Of a stretch of DNA of 64,000 nucleotides, positions 31,651-43,445 are shown piece by piece. Under the pieces are notes generated by a model. It was not told where the DNA came from, did not search any database, and worked only from the letters and a program-made list of their open reading frames with translations. How positions within the stretch are numbered: the stretch's first letter is position 1; each line of letters begins with the position of its first letter. The position numbers were made by a program, and so were the translations under genes. This DNA is from Sedimentisphaerales bacterium (GTDB lineage Bacteria; Planctomycetota; Phycisphaerae; Sedimentisphaerales; SM23-30), in contig CAXXMR010000020.1 in assembly GCA_963663805.2 (NCBI GenBank), positions 192,001 to 256,000 of the forward strand, read 5' to 3'.

Positions 31651-32826
31651 TTAAATCCTGCGATTCTTTCGATACTCCAAAGGTGTCAGGCTCAGGGCTT
31701 GCTTGAAATATCGCGAAATGTGCTTGCTGTCGTTGAAGTTCATCAAACGAGCAATCTGGGAAATAGAGAGGTTAGTGTCAAGAAGAAGTTTGGCAATCTC
31801 GCGAGTTCGCACCTGGCGAATATATTCTGCAATTGAACGATCAAGTTCTTTACGAAATTTCTGATTGAGCATACTTCTGGAAATCGCAACGTGGTCGGCT
31901 ACATCAATAACCTGAATATTTTTAGTCGAATTGTTTTTGATAAATTTGACCGCTTCGCTGACAATTATATCCTCAAATGCCATTGAGTCAGAAGAACGCC
32001 TCTGCACCACTTCTATGGGGTAAACATGGATTTCCTGTTCCGCGATTTTTTCCTTACCGGTAAGAAAACGGTTTAGCAGTTCCGCCGCCTGAATACCGGA
32101 GCGATAATGATCCAGTGATATGCTGGAAAGTTTGGGGTTTTGGGTCTCGCAGATTTCCTCCTCGTTATTAACACCTATCAGGCATATCTCGTAAGGTATG
32201 CTGATATTCGCTTCCCGACAACACGAAATAATATCCGCGGCAATGGAATCCTCGCCGGCCATCACGCCGGTGAATTTCGATAAAGATTTCAGAAAAGATG
32301 TTAATTCGGAATAGTCCAGATTGTTTCTCGGCCCCAGAAAAATTTCAGCATTGAAACCTGACTTTTCAATCTGACGAGAAAATCCCTGAGCCCTTTCCTG
32401 AAAAATAACAGAGTCAGAATTGCCGCAAAACGCGAATTTCTTGTAACCCAAATTAATAAAATACTCAGCACCGCAAGAGCCAATCTCGGAATTATTACCC
32501 AAAATCACCGGACAGCCGTCAACTTCCTTGTTGCAATCGCGATGAATAATTACAGGAACATCGAGCTGTAAGACCTCCTCAATCGCATTAAATGCCGCCG
32601 AGGCGATAATACCGTTGGGTTGAAACTCTTTAATGGACTTTAAAACATCATTTTTGCTCTGCTGCTGAAAGGGCTTGAAGGTACTTAACAGCCAGGCATC
32701 ATTGGTTGAGGCATACTCAGCAAGCCCCTTCCAGAGAAATCCTTCCCAGCCGGTCGGATGCAGATATAAAACTCGATATTGAGTGTGATTCATGACGCAC
32801 ACCATTACAAAGGTTATTATTGGCAA
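31651..32826 (-). CDS. XylR-type regulator (LacI-like sensor + C-terminal AraC HTH)
   Basis: IPYEICLIGVNN, LSSISLD, VQRRSSD; ISRYFKQ..TPLEYR. Confidence 0.9.
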   Translation of the reverse strand: MPIITFVMVCVMNHTQYRVLYLHPTGWEGFLWKGLAEYASTNDAWLLSTFKPFQQQSKNDVLKSIKEFQPNGIIASAAFNAIEEVLQLDVPVIIHRDCNKEVDGCPVILGNNSEIGSCGAEYFINLGYKKFAFCGNSDSVIFQERAQGFSRQIEKSGFNAEIFLGPRNNLDYSELTSFLKSLSKFTGVMAGEDSIAADIISCCREANISIPYEICLIGVNNEEEICETQNPKLSSISLDHYRSGIQAAELLNRFLTGKEKIAEQEIHVYPIEVVQRRSSDSMAFEDIIVSEAVKFIKNNSTKNIQVIDVADHVAISRSMLNQKFRKELDRSIAEYIRQVRTREIAKLLLDTNLSISQIARLMNFNDSKHISRYFKQALSLTPLEYRKNRRI

Positions 32827-32915
32827 TTATGCGGGGGGATTCTATCACGAACCACGAATAATAGCAATTGTTATCGCGAGCTTTTGCTTCAAACGTAATA
32901 CGCCATTAAAATGAT

Positions 32916-34358
32916 TTAAAAAAACAAGTTATAGCTTTCCTGCCTTCGCCTTGGAGTGGCTGACAACCATGATTTTAGTGATGTGCCAGGAACTGAATCA
33001 GTTTTAAAAAGAGCCCGGCCGTTTGTCTGGATAATCTTTTTGTACCAGTAGCCCGAATCTTTGATCGTTCTTTTTTGAGTATTAAAATCTGTGTGAACAA
33101 TTCCAAATCTTTTGCTGTAGCCATGGGCCCACTCGAAGTTGTCCATGAGGGTCCAGAGGAAATAGCCGCTTACGTCAATTCCATCGGAACAGGCCTGAGC
33201 CAGCTTTTTCAGATATCTGGCAAAAAATTCTATACGCTGAGGGTCATGGACTCCACCGTCTTCCGATACCGCGTCATGGTTGGCCATGCCGTTTTCGGTA
33301 ATATAGATGGGTTTCTGATAACGCTCATAGAAAAATCTGGGGCCCCAGTATAGTGATTTAGGCTCGACTGACCAGTTCATCGGTGTATACCAATGTCCCG
33401 TTTCGCGAGGTATTTCCCGAACTTTCCCGTCTGCAAGGGACACTTGACGAGCGGTATAGATATTAACGCCCAGAAAGTCTATGGGCTGACTGATAATTTT
33501 CATTTCCTCGTCGGTATATGAAGGCAGATTGGGACCATAGGCCTCAATACACTGCTGCGGATATCTGCCCAGCAGCACCGGGTCCATCCACAATATGGAA
33601 TTATGGCAATCGTAGGGTTTGACGCTAAATGTATCCTGTCGGGCGGCTTCGATGTCATTTTCGGAATCTTCATCATACGGCACACTGCATAAACCTACCG
33701 GCGCATAACCTATACTGGCAGGCTGTTTTGTGATTGCACGTATTGCCTGGACCGCTTTGCCATGGCTGAGCATTACGTTATGTGCGGCACGAAGCACTTC
33801 AGGAAAAGCCAGCTCAATACCGGGGGCGTGCTCAGTTTTATAATGACCCAGACCAATGAAACATTGCGGCTCATTGAAAGTCATCCAGTTTTTAACCCGG
33901 TCATAAAAATGTTTTGCGATAAGCTCGGCATATTGAGCAAACCAATCGGTACATTGCGGGTTCAGCCAGCCGCCTTGCTCGTAGAGCTTCTGAGGATAAT
34001 CCCAGTGAAAAAGCGTGACAAATGGCTCAATATCGTTCTTGAGCAACTCATCGAACAAGCGCGAGTAGAAGTCCAGCCCCTTAGGGTTAGCTTCACCGAT
34101 ACCTTCGGGCAAAACCCGGGGCCAGGAAATGGACATGCGGTAATTCTTAATGCCGAGTTTTTTGATAATCTGCACGTCTTCTTTGAAACGGTGATAATGG
34201 TCGCAGGCAACCCGGCCGGACTGACTTTGAAATATAGCACCGGGCCTTTGACATTTAATATCCCAAACCGAGGGACCTTTGCCGTCGATATCCGCGGCAC
34301 CTTCGATTTGATACGCCGCACTTGCTGCACCCCATTTAAAATTTTCAGGAAAAGCCAT
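32916..34358 (-). CDS. GH1 beta-glucosidase
   Basis: FKWGAASAAYQIEG, TFNEP, ITENG, DNFEW. Confidence 0.95.
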   Translation of the reverse strand: MAFPENFKWGAASAAYQIEGAADIDGKGPSVWDIKCQRPGAIFQSQSGRVACDHYHRFKEDVQIIKKLGIKNYRMSISWPRVLPEGIGEANPKGLDFYSRLFDELLKNDIEPFVTLFHWDYPQKLYEQGGWLNPQCTDWFAQYAELIAKHFYDRVKNWMTFNEPQCFIGLGHYKTEHAPGIELAFPEVLRAAHNVMLSHGKAVQAIRAITKQPASIGYAPVGLCSVPYDEDSENDIEAARQDTFSVKPYDCHNSILWMDPVLLGRYPQQCIEAYGPNLPSYTDEEMKIISQPIDFLGVNIYTARQVSLADGKVREIPRETGHWYTPMNWSVEPKSLYWGPRFFYERYQKPIYITENGMANHDAVSEDGGVHDPQRIEFFARYLKKLAQACSDGIDVSGYFLWTLMDNFEWAHGYSKRFGIVHTDFNTQKRTIKDSGYWYKKIIQTNGRALFKTDSVPGTSLKSWLSATPRRRQESYNLFF

Positions 34359-34832
34359 CAAATACTCCCATGTTACGAATTTGGCCTGTCGCATTTTTTC
34401 CCACAAACGGTACGGTAAACTCTGGCAGTAAAGTCAGATTGTTCGCGGTTCAGTTTTATTCAATTTAAAAAAGTGTTGTTGGTAGGAGAATATAAAACGT
34501 ACCAGTTGCCCGGCAGCTCGATATTTTAGTTTTGAGGGCATGACCGGCAACCCATGCCCGACTAACAGTCTATAATATTGACCAAACCAATGTCAAGGTG
34601 TTATTCAATATATTTCACATTATTTTTTCATTGAAGTTTAAAAAAATATCGAAACCCCGCAAGATTGCCCGCCGTAACCCTATTCAATACAATGCTTTAC
34701 GCCGCCAAAAGGACAGTGTTCAAATTGGTGTTTTTTATATTCAAAATGGCGGAGGAGATAAAAGCCTTTTCTGCTATACTCAATAAAGTTGAGCAAGAGA
34801 ACTTTTTCATTACTTACTTTGGAGGTCTAAAA

Positions 34833-36533
34833 ATGAAAAAATTGTTACCGGCAATGTTGTTGAGTTTATTGTTTGTCGCCGTTTGTTGGGGCGACACGGT
34901 TGAATGGTTAAATCTGGCCGGCGACCAGGATTTTAGCAATCCTTCCAACTGGTGGTTGCGCGACCCGAACGGCGGGGCCGGCTCTGCCGTCACTGCACTT
35001 GACCCCACTCATTTGTATTGGGTAGGTTTAAGTGATGCCGCAAACTACCCGATTATTAATTCGAGTGTTTCAACGGCTTTAATAGCTGTTGGTTCACCCT
35101 CGGGCGATGGTCGACTCGATATTTTGTCGGGCGATCTTATCGTGTCGGAGATTTTTTATGTCGGCAATAACAACACCACCAGCGTTATAAATTTCTCCGG
35201 CGGCTCGATTGACGCTGTTACCGTAAAGGTCGGTAATTCAGCCAACGGTGACGGCACAATGAACATTACCGGCGGTACTATTACCGGGATGCCCTCAATG
35301 TATATTGGTGAACTAAATGGCACCGGCACATTAAATATTGATACCGGCAGTACCTTTGAATTTGCCCACATGGCGCTTAGTAGTGGTGTTGCTGAACTTA
35401 ATATCGCTGCGGGCACGACCATCAATTCAAATGGTTTTATCAAATGTGGTGGTATTGAAAACCAAACCGGTGGTGACGCAACCATGAATATCGCAGGCAC
35501 TTTGAATATCAAAAAGGTCGATTCGAGTTTTGGCTGGCTGGGTGTCGGCTGGATAGCTGATACTACCGCTACTGTCAATGTCACCGATAATGGTATTTTG
35601 ACGGTAGAAAGCTGGTGTGATTTTAGCAATGGTTCTGCGGCAGATACTCAAATGCTCGTTAAGGACAATGGCCAGGTTACGTTTGCCGGCTCGGTTAAGT
35701 TTGGCGAAGCAGGCACCTGCACCGCCACTTTAACTGACAACGCCTCGGTAACTGCATCCAGCAGTGTCCAGGTTGGCACAACCTCAACTGGAAATGGCAC
35801 ATTAACCATGCTGGGCAACAGTACTTTTAGTGCCCTCGACAGTTACACCAATGCCGGTAATCAAAGCGGTCATGGCGAAATTATAATTGGCGAAAATGCC
35901 GCTTATACCGCCAATCGCGTCAATGTCGCCTTCAACAGTGCCTCCGGTGTGGTAACCGTAAAGGATAGCGGAACCCTGACCACTACCACAGGCAATTTCA
36001 CTGCCCAGAATGAAGGTGTACTGGAAGTGCTCGGCCCTGACGCCACCGTATCCATCGGCGGAAATCTGAGCATGACCCAAAGCGGCTCCCGGCTGATTTA
36101 TAAAACCGATACGGTTGGCAATTTTGTCAGCGGCATCAATATCGCAGGCACCGCTACCCTGAGTAATTACCTCGAGATCGGCCTGCTGGAAGGTGCGGTC
36201 CTCTATAGCGGTACTTATGAAGTAACCGTCTTGACCGCGTCAACAATTGATATCTCAGGATTGCAAGGTATTGATTGCAGTGAGGGATGCATGACGGTAA
36301 ACTCTTACCGGGTTGACGACAATGGCGATGGAACATACTCCCTGATAGTCAGTTTCGAGATAGACGTCCCGGTAGATTGTGCCGACGTTTACGCTCGCGG
36401 CTTTGGTTATGCCACTGATATCAATGAGGACTGTTCGGTGGACCTGAATGATTTCGCCCTGATGGCGGCAGAATGGCTCTTCTGCAACGACCCGCTGGAC
36501 GCGTTCTGCACAAATCCTAACTGGAACAGGTAA
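34833..36533 (+). CDS. Secreted beta-repeat protein with C-terminal dockerin/EF-hand-like motif
   Basis: RBS GGAGG; signal peptide MKKLLPAMLL; G/T-rich repeats; TDINEDCSVDLNDFALMAAEWL. Confidence 0.75.
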   Translation: MKKLLPAMLLSLLFVAVCWGDTVEWLNLAGDQDFSNPSNWWLRDPNGGAGSAVTALDPTHLYWVGLSDAANYPIINSSVSTALIAVGSPSGDGRLDILSGDLIVSEIFYVGNNNTTSVINFSGGSIDAVTVKVGNSANGDGTMNITGGTITGMPSMYIGELNGTGTLNIDTGSTFEFAHMALSSGVAELNIAAGTTINSNGFIKCGGIENQTGGDATMNIAGTLNIKKVDSSFGWLGVGWIADTTATVNVTDNGILTVESWCDFSNGSAADTQMLVKDNGQVTFAGSVKFGEAGTCTATLTDNASVTASSSVQVGTTSTGNGTLTMLGNSTFSALDSYTNAGNQSGHGEIIIGENAAYTANRVNVAFNSASGVVTVKDSGTLTTTTGNFTAQNEGVLEVLGPDATVSIGGNLSMTQSGSRLIYKTDTVGNFVSGINIAGTATLSNYLEIGLLEGAVLYSGTYEVTVLTASTIDISGLQGIDCSEGCMTVNSYRVDDNGDGTYSLIVSFEIDVPVDCADVYARGFGYATDINEDCSVDLNDFALMAAEWLFCNDPLDAFCTNPNWNR

Positions 36534-36613
36534 TATAATGGAGTAAGATGCGGACCGGTCGCTCACAACGGGCGGCCGGTCTGTTATTGCCAGGCTTTCG
36601 AAAAGGAATCGAG

Positions 36614-37435
36614 ATGCAAAATCATAGCAAGAACGCATTTACTCTGGTTGAATTATTGGTGGTGGTTGCGATAATCGCGCTGCTGGTTTCAATTCTGCTG
36701 CCGGCCCTGGGAAAGGCTCGAGAAGAAGCCAAAAGAACAGTTTGTGTTTCCAATCTACGCAGCACCATGCTCTCTTCCATGACTTACATGGTTGACAACA
36801 AAGATAAATTCCCTCATCAAAACGCGGCCAAGGTTTACAATGGACATCGTTATATCAGCCACGGCCTGACCAGCCCAAACCCCGACACGGGATTATGCTG
36901 GGCCTATAATTTGCTAAACTATCTTGACCTGGAAAAAAATCCCGAACTGCTTCATTGCCCGTCACTGCAGAAAGACGTAATGGAAGATGAAAATGTAAAC
37001 GAGATACCCTTGACTTATCTGGCCAATGGAGTGGTTACCACTTTTGGTGGCAGCAGAATCCGCAGAACCAGCGATTTCATCGTGATCGCCGACGGTTATT
37101 CCTCAATGTACGGTGTGGGTACCCATCCTTACTTTAACACTTTTAATGGCTGTGACCCGGAAAAACCCACCGAAGATAAAGTTTATGGCGTAAACTGGAT
37201 GAGGCAGGTGAACGCCACCCCGGATGACATGACATACGGCCTGTATAATGAATATGCCAGTCGACCCCATGACGGCGGACGTAATTATGCGTTTATGGAC
37301 GGCCATGTCCAGTATCTGAAATATGGAGAAGCGACCTGCGGCATGTTTGGCCTGGAAATCCTGGGACGACGCAATGCGCTGGAAGAAGATGTCGCCGCCT
37401 CCGATATGCGCAGACGAGGCTACATTGCCTATTAA
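36614..37435 (+). CDS. Prepilin-type N-methylation / H-X9-DG (DUF1559-like) protein
   Basis: [32 protein letters not shown]. Confidence 0.9.
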   Translation: MQNHSKNAFTLVELLVVVAIIALLVSILLPALGKAREEAKRTVCVSNLRSTMLSSMTYMVDNKDKFPHQNAAKVYNGHRYISHGLTSPNPDTGLCWAYNLLNYLDLEKNPELLHCPSLQKDVMEDENVNEIPLTYLANGVVTTFGGSRIRRTSDFIVIADGYSSMYGVGTHPYFNTFNGCDPEKPTEDKVYGVNWMRQVNATPDDMTYGLYNEYASRPHDGGRNYAFMDGHVQYLKYGEATCGMFGLEILGRRNALEEDVAASDMRRRGYIAY

Positions 37436-37506
37436 CCCCCAAAGAGGTTTAACGCAAATCCCAGTGCTGATATACTGCCTCCCCCAGGCATTTATTATTC
37501 TTTTTA

Positions 37507-38835
37507 TTGGAGATAATTGTGCGCACAGTAAGACACACAATATTTTTTCTCACCTGCCTTTTACTGATTAGCTCCTCACAGGCCGAAGTCAGCTTTATAG
37601 CCAATGAATCGGTGGTTTATAGGTGCCAATCACCTCAGGAAAATTGTTTGTACAACCCTACGATTGTCGCAGGCCGGAACAATCGCCTGATAATAGGTTT
37701 TGAGATATCCGGTCCTGAAACGTCAGACCTTGTTAACAAAATCGGCAGCGGTAAGAATCGTATTTATGTTTCCGATGATGACGGGGCAAGCTGGCAATAT
37801 CGCACCAACTTTGAAATGATGCAGGAACGGCTCTTCGCCGCCGACGGTGTAATCTATCTGATAGGCCATGTCGGTCATCGCGGCGACCTGCTGATTATAC
37901 AATCTCGCGACAATGGCGACACCTGGTCCGCCCCTGTCCAGCTAACCACCGGCCAGCTCTGGCACAGCAGTGCCCACAATGTCATCCGCAAAGGCCGTTA
38001 TGTTTATATGGTAATGGAACGCAACGATGTAAATGAGATGAAAAAAACCTGGGATGTCAGCGAAATGACCCCGGCCCTGATGAGGGGCGATATCAGCAGA
38101 GGTTTAATGTCGCCGGAGGCCTGGACATTTGCTGACCCTCTGCCGTTTTGTCAGGCGGTCGAGGATAAGGACATGGAATATTTCGGCGTGCCCTTTTTCG
38201 ATGCCTATTATCCTAAGAAAACACTGCTCAAGCCGCATTGCGGTTTCCCGCCGGTGGGCTGGCTGGAATCAAATGTAGTGCAGATTTCCGATCCGAAACA
38301 TTACTGGTACGACCCTAACGGGAAGACTTTCCATATTTTTTCGCGAGCCCATACCGGCCGAACCAATCTGGCCGCCATGCTAAAGGCCGTTGAACAGCCC
38401 GACGGCACAATCAAAACCATGCTCGAAACGGCACCCTCGGGCAAAAAGCTGGTTTATGTCCCTCTGCCCGGCGGCCAGATGAAATTCTATGTACTCTATG
38501 ATGAGACCAGCAAGATGTACTGGCTCTTGAGTACGCAATCAACCGACAGTATGACACGGGTGGAAATGCTGCCCGAGGGACGCTACGGCGCTCCTGATAA
38601 TGAGCGACGACGCCTGCAATTGCATTTCTCCCGGAACATGGTAGACTGGTGCTTTGCCGGAATGGTAGCCATCGGACCATCCGAAAAAAGTTCCCGACAT
38701 TACGCGAGCATGGAAATAGATGATGACGATTTAGTCATACTCAGCCGTTCGGGCGACCTCAACGCCAGGGACGCCCATAACGGTAATATCATAACTTTCC
38801 ATCGAGTCAAAAATTTCCGGAATCTGATTTATTAA
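37507..38835 (+). CDS. Secreted BNR/Asp-box (sialidase-like) protein
   Basis: Signal peptide; SDDDGASW, SRDNGDTW. Confidence 0.8.
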   Translation: MEIIVRTVRHTIFFLTCLLLISSSQAEVSFIANESVVYRCQSPQENCLYNPTIVAGRNNRLIIGFEISGPETSDLVNKIGSGKNRIYVSDDDGASWQYRTNFEMMQERLFAADGVIYLIGHVGHRGDLLIIQSRDNGDTWSAPVQLTTGQLWHSSAHNVIRKGRYVYMVMERNDVNEMKKTWDVSEMTPALMRGDISRGLMSPEAWTFADPLPFCQAVEDKDMEYFGVPFFDAYYPKKTLLKPHCGFPPVGWLESNVVQISDPKHYWYDPNGKTFHIFSRAHTGRTNLAAMLKAVEQPDGTIKTMLETAPSGKKLVYVPLPGGQMKFYVLYDETSKMYWLLSTQSTDSMTRVEMLPEGRYGAPDNERRRLQLHFSRNMVDWCFAGMVAIGPSEKSSRHYASMEIDDDDLVILSRSGDLNARDAHNGNIITFHRVKNFRNLIY

Positions 38836-38847
38836 AGGTGTTGAATC

Positions 38848-40173
38848 ATGAACAAAAAAATATTTACGGTTTTAATGATTTTTTGCTGCGGGGCAGAATT
38901 ATCTTGGGCGACGGACCTTTGCTGGCGGGTCAAACCCATTGCCACAGAGTCCATTGTCGCCCAGTCGCCCGACCCGGACAAAACGGTTTTATACGGCCCG
39001 ACAATCACTGTCGGTATAAACGGCCGATTGATTGTGGCTTTTGAGGTATCCGGGACCGCCATAGCTCAATCCAATCCGACCGGAACCGGCAAAAATCTGA
39101 TTTACGTTTCGGACAACAAGGGGATAAGCTGGAACTATCGACGTAATTATGAAATGATGCAGAGCCGCCTCTTTACGGTGGGCAGTGATATTTATCTACT
39201 GGGCCATATCGGCCATCGCGGGGATGTGCAGATTATGAAATCAGAGAATAACGGCCATACCTGGACCGAGCCGGCCCAGCTTACCAGCGGTGAATCGTGG
39301 AGTGCCAGCTCGAATAATGTTATCAGCAAGGGCCAATATGTTTACACGGTCATGGAACGCAATGATGTTGATTATCTGACCAATACCTGGGATGTCAGCG
39401 AGGCAACTCCCGTTTTGATGCGCGGCGATACCACCCAGGACCTCACCACTGCCGCCGCCTGGACCTTCGCCGGCCCTATGCCGTTTTGTGAGACCATCGA
39501 AGATCACGATCTGGACCATTTCGGCGTGCCGTTTTTCGGGGCCTATTATCCCAACAAGATTATGCTCGCCGATGGCCTGGGCTTCCCGCCTGTGGGCTGG
39601 CTGGAATCTAACGTGGTCCAGATCACCGATCCGGCCCATTATTGGTACGATGAAACCGGCAGTACTTTCCACATCTTCTCACGCGCTCACACCGGAAAAA
39701 CCAACCTCGCCACAGTCATCAAGGCTGTCGAGCAATCTGACGGTTCCATAGAAACCATGCTGGAAACCGCACCTTCCGGCAAGACCAACCTCTATGTCCC
39801 CCTGCCGGGCGGGCAGATGAAATTCTTTGTCCTTTATGACGATGTAAGTCAGCTCTATTGGCTCTTGAGCACCCAATCTACTGACAGCATGACGCGCGTG
39901 GAAATGCTGCCCGAAGACCGCTACGGCGCCCCGGACAATGAACGCCGTCGCCTGCAACTGCATTTCTCCAAAAATATGGTCGACTGGTGTTTTGCCTGTA
40001 TGGTAGCTGTGGGATCATCGGAGAAGGCCTCGCGACATTATGCCAGTATGGTAATCGACGGCCGCGACCTGCTAATCCTCAGTCGCTCCGGTGACCAGAA
40101 CGCCCAGAACGCCCATAATGGCAATCTAATCACTTTCCATAAAATCGAGTTCTTCCGCAGACTGGCGTATTGA
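38848..40173 (+). CDS. Secreted BNR/Asp-box (sialidase-like) protein, tandem paralog
   Basis: SDNKGISW, SENNGHTW; near-identical C-terminal half to the upstream gene. Confidence 0.8.
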   Translation: MNKKIFTVLMIFCCGAELSWATDLCWRVKPIATESIVAQSPDPDKTVLYGPTITVGINGRLIVAFEVSGTAIAQSNPTGTGKNLIYVSDNKGISWNYRRNYEMMQSRLFTVGSDIYLLGHIGHRGDVQIMKSENNGHTWTEPAQLTSGESWSASSNNVISKGQYVYTVMERNDVDYLTNTWDVSEATPVLMRGDTTQDLTTAAAWTFAGPMPFCETIEDHDLDHFGVPFFGAYYPNKIMLADGLGFPPVGWLESNVVQITDPAHYWYDETGSTFHIFSRAHTGKTNLATVIKAVEQSDGSIETMLETAPSGKTNLYVPLPGGQMKFFVLYDDVSQLYWLLSTQSTDSMTRVEMLPEDRYGAPDNERRRLQLHFSKNMVDWCFACMVAVGSSEKASRHYASMVIDGRDLLILSRSGDQNAQNAHNGNLITFHKIEFFRRLAY

Positions 40174-40377
40174 AAATCCGGGTTTAACCGATTCGGTACT
40201 TCCCGGGTTCCTTCAGCACTCTGCGACAAATAGTAGCCCATTGTTCCATATCTGTATATATCTCCCCGATGACAACTACAGTACGGAACGGCATAATTAC
40301 AAATTTTTAAGCAAAACAGTTCCGAGATTTTCCCCTTTTTTAACTGACAGTTTGCCTATTTCCGCCCTCTTTATTTT

Positions 40378-40854
40378 TTGTTGGGAAATACCCAAGAGAC
40401 CTTAGAACATTACGAATGGTATCAAAAAAACTACCCGGGAGATTCTGGTTTTGCTTTGAATTTCCTGTGTTGGGCGATCACATTATTCCGTCATGGAAAT
40501 CGTGAAGAAGCCGAAAAGAAATTTATAAACACCATGCTGTCAAACATTCACCTAATCCCATATATATTGGGACATGAAACACCTTCTCTGGATTCATGGG
40601 AGGATCGGTATTTTAACGAGTTAATGGAGATCGAAAACTTTCCTCATGAAATTCTCGAATGTATTACAAGCGAAGAAATGGAATGGGTATCCACAGTTTA
40701 TAACAGTTCAAAAATAACGGCCATCCGCAAGGCATACACCACTATTGATGGCCAGCTGGAACATCTTCCACGAGGAGAGAAAAGGGCGAAATTATGTGAC
40801 GAACTTTTTAAAATAAGGGCTCTGGATTTCAGCGGAATAAATCTTCCAGAATAG
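40378..40854 (+). pseudogene. Hypothetical helical/TPR-like protein, probably 5'-truncated
   Basis: TTG start without a clear RBS; helical pattern; abuts the rve element. Confidence 0.4.
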
Positions 40855-42390
40855 ACTTGCCCCACTCAAAAATTCATGCTTGTTGAAATCTAGTAAGCTG
40901 CCGATCGGAAAGCTTGCAGTTTTATCAGTGAAACATATGACGGATTTATATGGGTGTTTAAGGGCGATCAATATCAAACAACCAAAGTGGAAAGTATGCA
41001 CCACAACATTGAAACTCTCAGCTTTGTCATATCCTATCTCATCAAGGCCGTAGTTTTAGCCGCTCAATTTTCCGGCCGGGCCAGAAAACGCCAACTGAAG
41101 CGAGTAGCCCAAATGGATATTGACGAAAAGGATAAGGAAATATTCTTTCTTCGTGACAAAGTTTATCAGCAGGCCATTCAAATCAGCATATTACAGAAAG
41201 GCTTGAAGAAAAAAGACACCAACAAACGCTATACGCTTGACGAGAAATTGTTCATCCTGAATTACGTCGAAACTTTTCAGATTCCCAGGAACAAGCTCTC
41301 TGAGTATGTCGGCATCGCCAAATCAACTTACTATCGCTGGATGCGCAATATTGAAACCCAAGTCAAACATAGGACTCCCGCTAACAAAACGCCTGCCGAG
41401 ATCGCCGCATTAGCCTGGGAGATTGCTAAGAATAATACCAACTGGGGCAGAATGAGGATAGCCAGCCAACTGGCCTTGCTGAAAGTTTTTATTTCAGCAT
41501 CCACCGTCAGAAATATCCTCAATCGTCCTCAGCCTAGAAAACCGAAAAATCTTCCGAGTAAACAGAAAATTAAAGAACAAGTGAAAGTTCGTTCTATTCC
41601 TGCTTGGTATCCCAACCATGTCTGGTCAATTGACAACACGTCAGTGTTCTGCTGGGGGCTCTGGGAAATTCATGTTTGCCTGATTATCGATCATTACTCG
41701 CGAAAGATCATGGCAGTTGCTCCGCTGGAAGGCAGAAACGCAGGCTGGGTATGCGAACTATTGGATAACACCATCGAAAAATATGCCCCCCCCAAACACA
41801 TCATCTCCGATCAGGGTAGCGTTTTCATTAGCCAGGCTTTCAATGATCTATTGGGAGATAACATCAAACACCGCTATGGAGCTATTGGCAAACATGGCTC
41901 AATTGCCGTGACGGAAAGGGCCAACAAAACCCTCAAATACGAATGGCTCAAAAGAGTCGCTCTCATCAGAGGTTTTAAGCACTTAACCGAACTTTGCGAT
42001 GAATTTCAAACCTGGTACGACCAATGGCGGCCCCACATGACGCTCGACGGTTTAAGGCCGGATGATGTATTCTATGGCAACCCACCAGAAATGCCGGGCC
42101 ATGATGCTAAAGAAGTGCCGCCCAATATTGAGCAACGGTTTTTCAGCCAAACTCGAACAATGGGCTATCGGCTAAAACAGTCTGCTTGAATCTTGGTGAC
42201 TCCAAGGCTTAACTGCGGTATCGTTCTGCGCAGATTTCGCGTTTTGCCGACAAGCCTGCCGAAAATCTGACGATTTACTATTCAATGCACTTCACCAACG
42301 CTGAATCTGAACTCATATTAACTTGAAAAAGAGCAAAATTTTTAATTTTCAACCGCTCAAAAGCGGTATCTCGCTTGCTTGACAAGTACA
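40852..42390 (+). mobile_element. rve (IS481/IS3-like) element; transposase 40954-42189; left end approximate
   Basis: WSIDNT, ISDQG, ERANKTLK, RPHMTL; ends ..CAAGTACA. Confidence 0.8.
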
Positions 42391-42680
42391 AGGTTACGCT
42401 GCTTACGCTATTGAACAGCTATATCGAGTAATATTAGTTTTGAGTCGCAGCCTTTAGGGATGATAATATTTATATAATTAATACCGTTAACAATCGTTTC
42501 TTTTGGCACAATCCAAGCCGCTAACGAGTTTTTATTACCCAGTCCGTCTTTTATGGTGATTAGCATTGAAAATGGAGCCAGATTTGCATCGAAATCTGAG
42601 CCACTTAGGTTAGTAAAATAACGCCGATTTCGGCGTTGTCAATAGGGATTCTGGTCCTTTTTCGTTGGATTGAGGCTTTC

Positions 42681-43445
42681 TTAGCCTTCTTTTTTCCGTT
42701 TTTTCTCTAAACTCTGGTTAAGTCGCCAGCTGTCGGTTATGATTTCGACCACGCTCACATGGTGGGTCAGTCGGTCCAGCAGAGCACCGGCTAATCTTTC
42801 ATCATCGCCAAAGACCTGGGGCCAATCGGCGAATGGCAGATTCGTTGTCACGATCAGGCTGGTTTGTTCATAGCACTGGCTGAAAAAGCCGAACAGATGT
42901 TCCGCTCCGATACGGTCGAACGGGACATAGCCCAGTTCATCGATGATGATCAGGTCGCATTTTTTTATATAGCTCTCTAATTTCAACACCGCTCTTTCCT
43001 GTCGGGCTTCGAGATACGTATTAACCAGTTCAGCAGCGGTAAAGAACCGCACTTTATAACCTCGTCGGCAGGCTTCCCGGCCGAGGGCGATGGCCAGATG
43101 ACTTTTACCCACGCCCGGCGGGCCGGTAAAGACGATATTACTGCGGCGGTCGATAAAGCCGCACATCGAAAGGTCGATAATCTGTTTTTTATTTATCTGC
43201 GGCACGGCCATAAAATCAAAACTTTCAAGTTCCTTAGTCATGGGGAAGTTTGCCTGTTTCAATCTCCTGGCGATGGCCTGCGACTGTCGATGAAAGACTT
43301 CGATTTCGGCCAGTCTTTGCAGATAACTTTCATAGGATTCGTTTGCCTGGGCGGATGCCCGGGCAATTGTCTGATACTCTTTTTGAATTGTCGGAAGCTT
43401 CAGGGTCTTGAGATAGCTTTTTAATAAAACCATTTGATCTTTCAT
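42681..43445 (-). CDS. istB: IstB ATPase
   Basis: GPPGVGKSHL, IDELGY, LLDRLTH. Confidence 0.95.
   Translation of the reverse strand: MKDQMVLLKSYLKTLKLPTIQKEYQTIARASAQANESYESYLQRLAEIEVFHRQSQAIARRLKQANFPMTKELESFDFMAVPQINKKQIIDLSMCGFIDRRSNIVFTGPPGVGKSHLAIALGREACRRGYKVRFFTAAELVNTYLEARQERAVLKLESYIKKCDLIIIDELGYVPFDRIGAEHLFGFFSQCYEQTSLIVTTNLPFADWPQVFGDDERLAGALLDRLTHHVSVVEIITDSWRLNQSLEKKRKKEG

Noticed and set aside
37507..40173. Long similar segments as repeats or an assembly duplication
   Set aside because: Many synonymous differences show these are true diverged paralogs.
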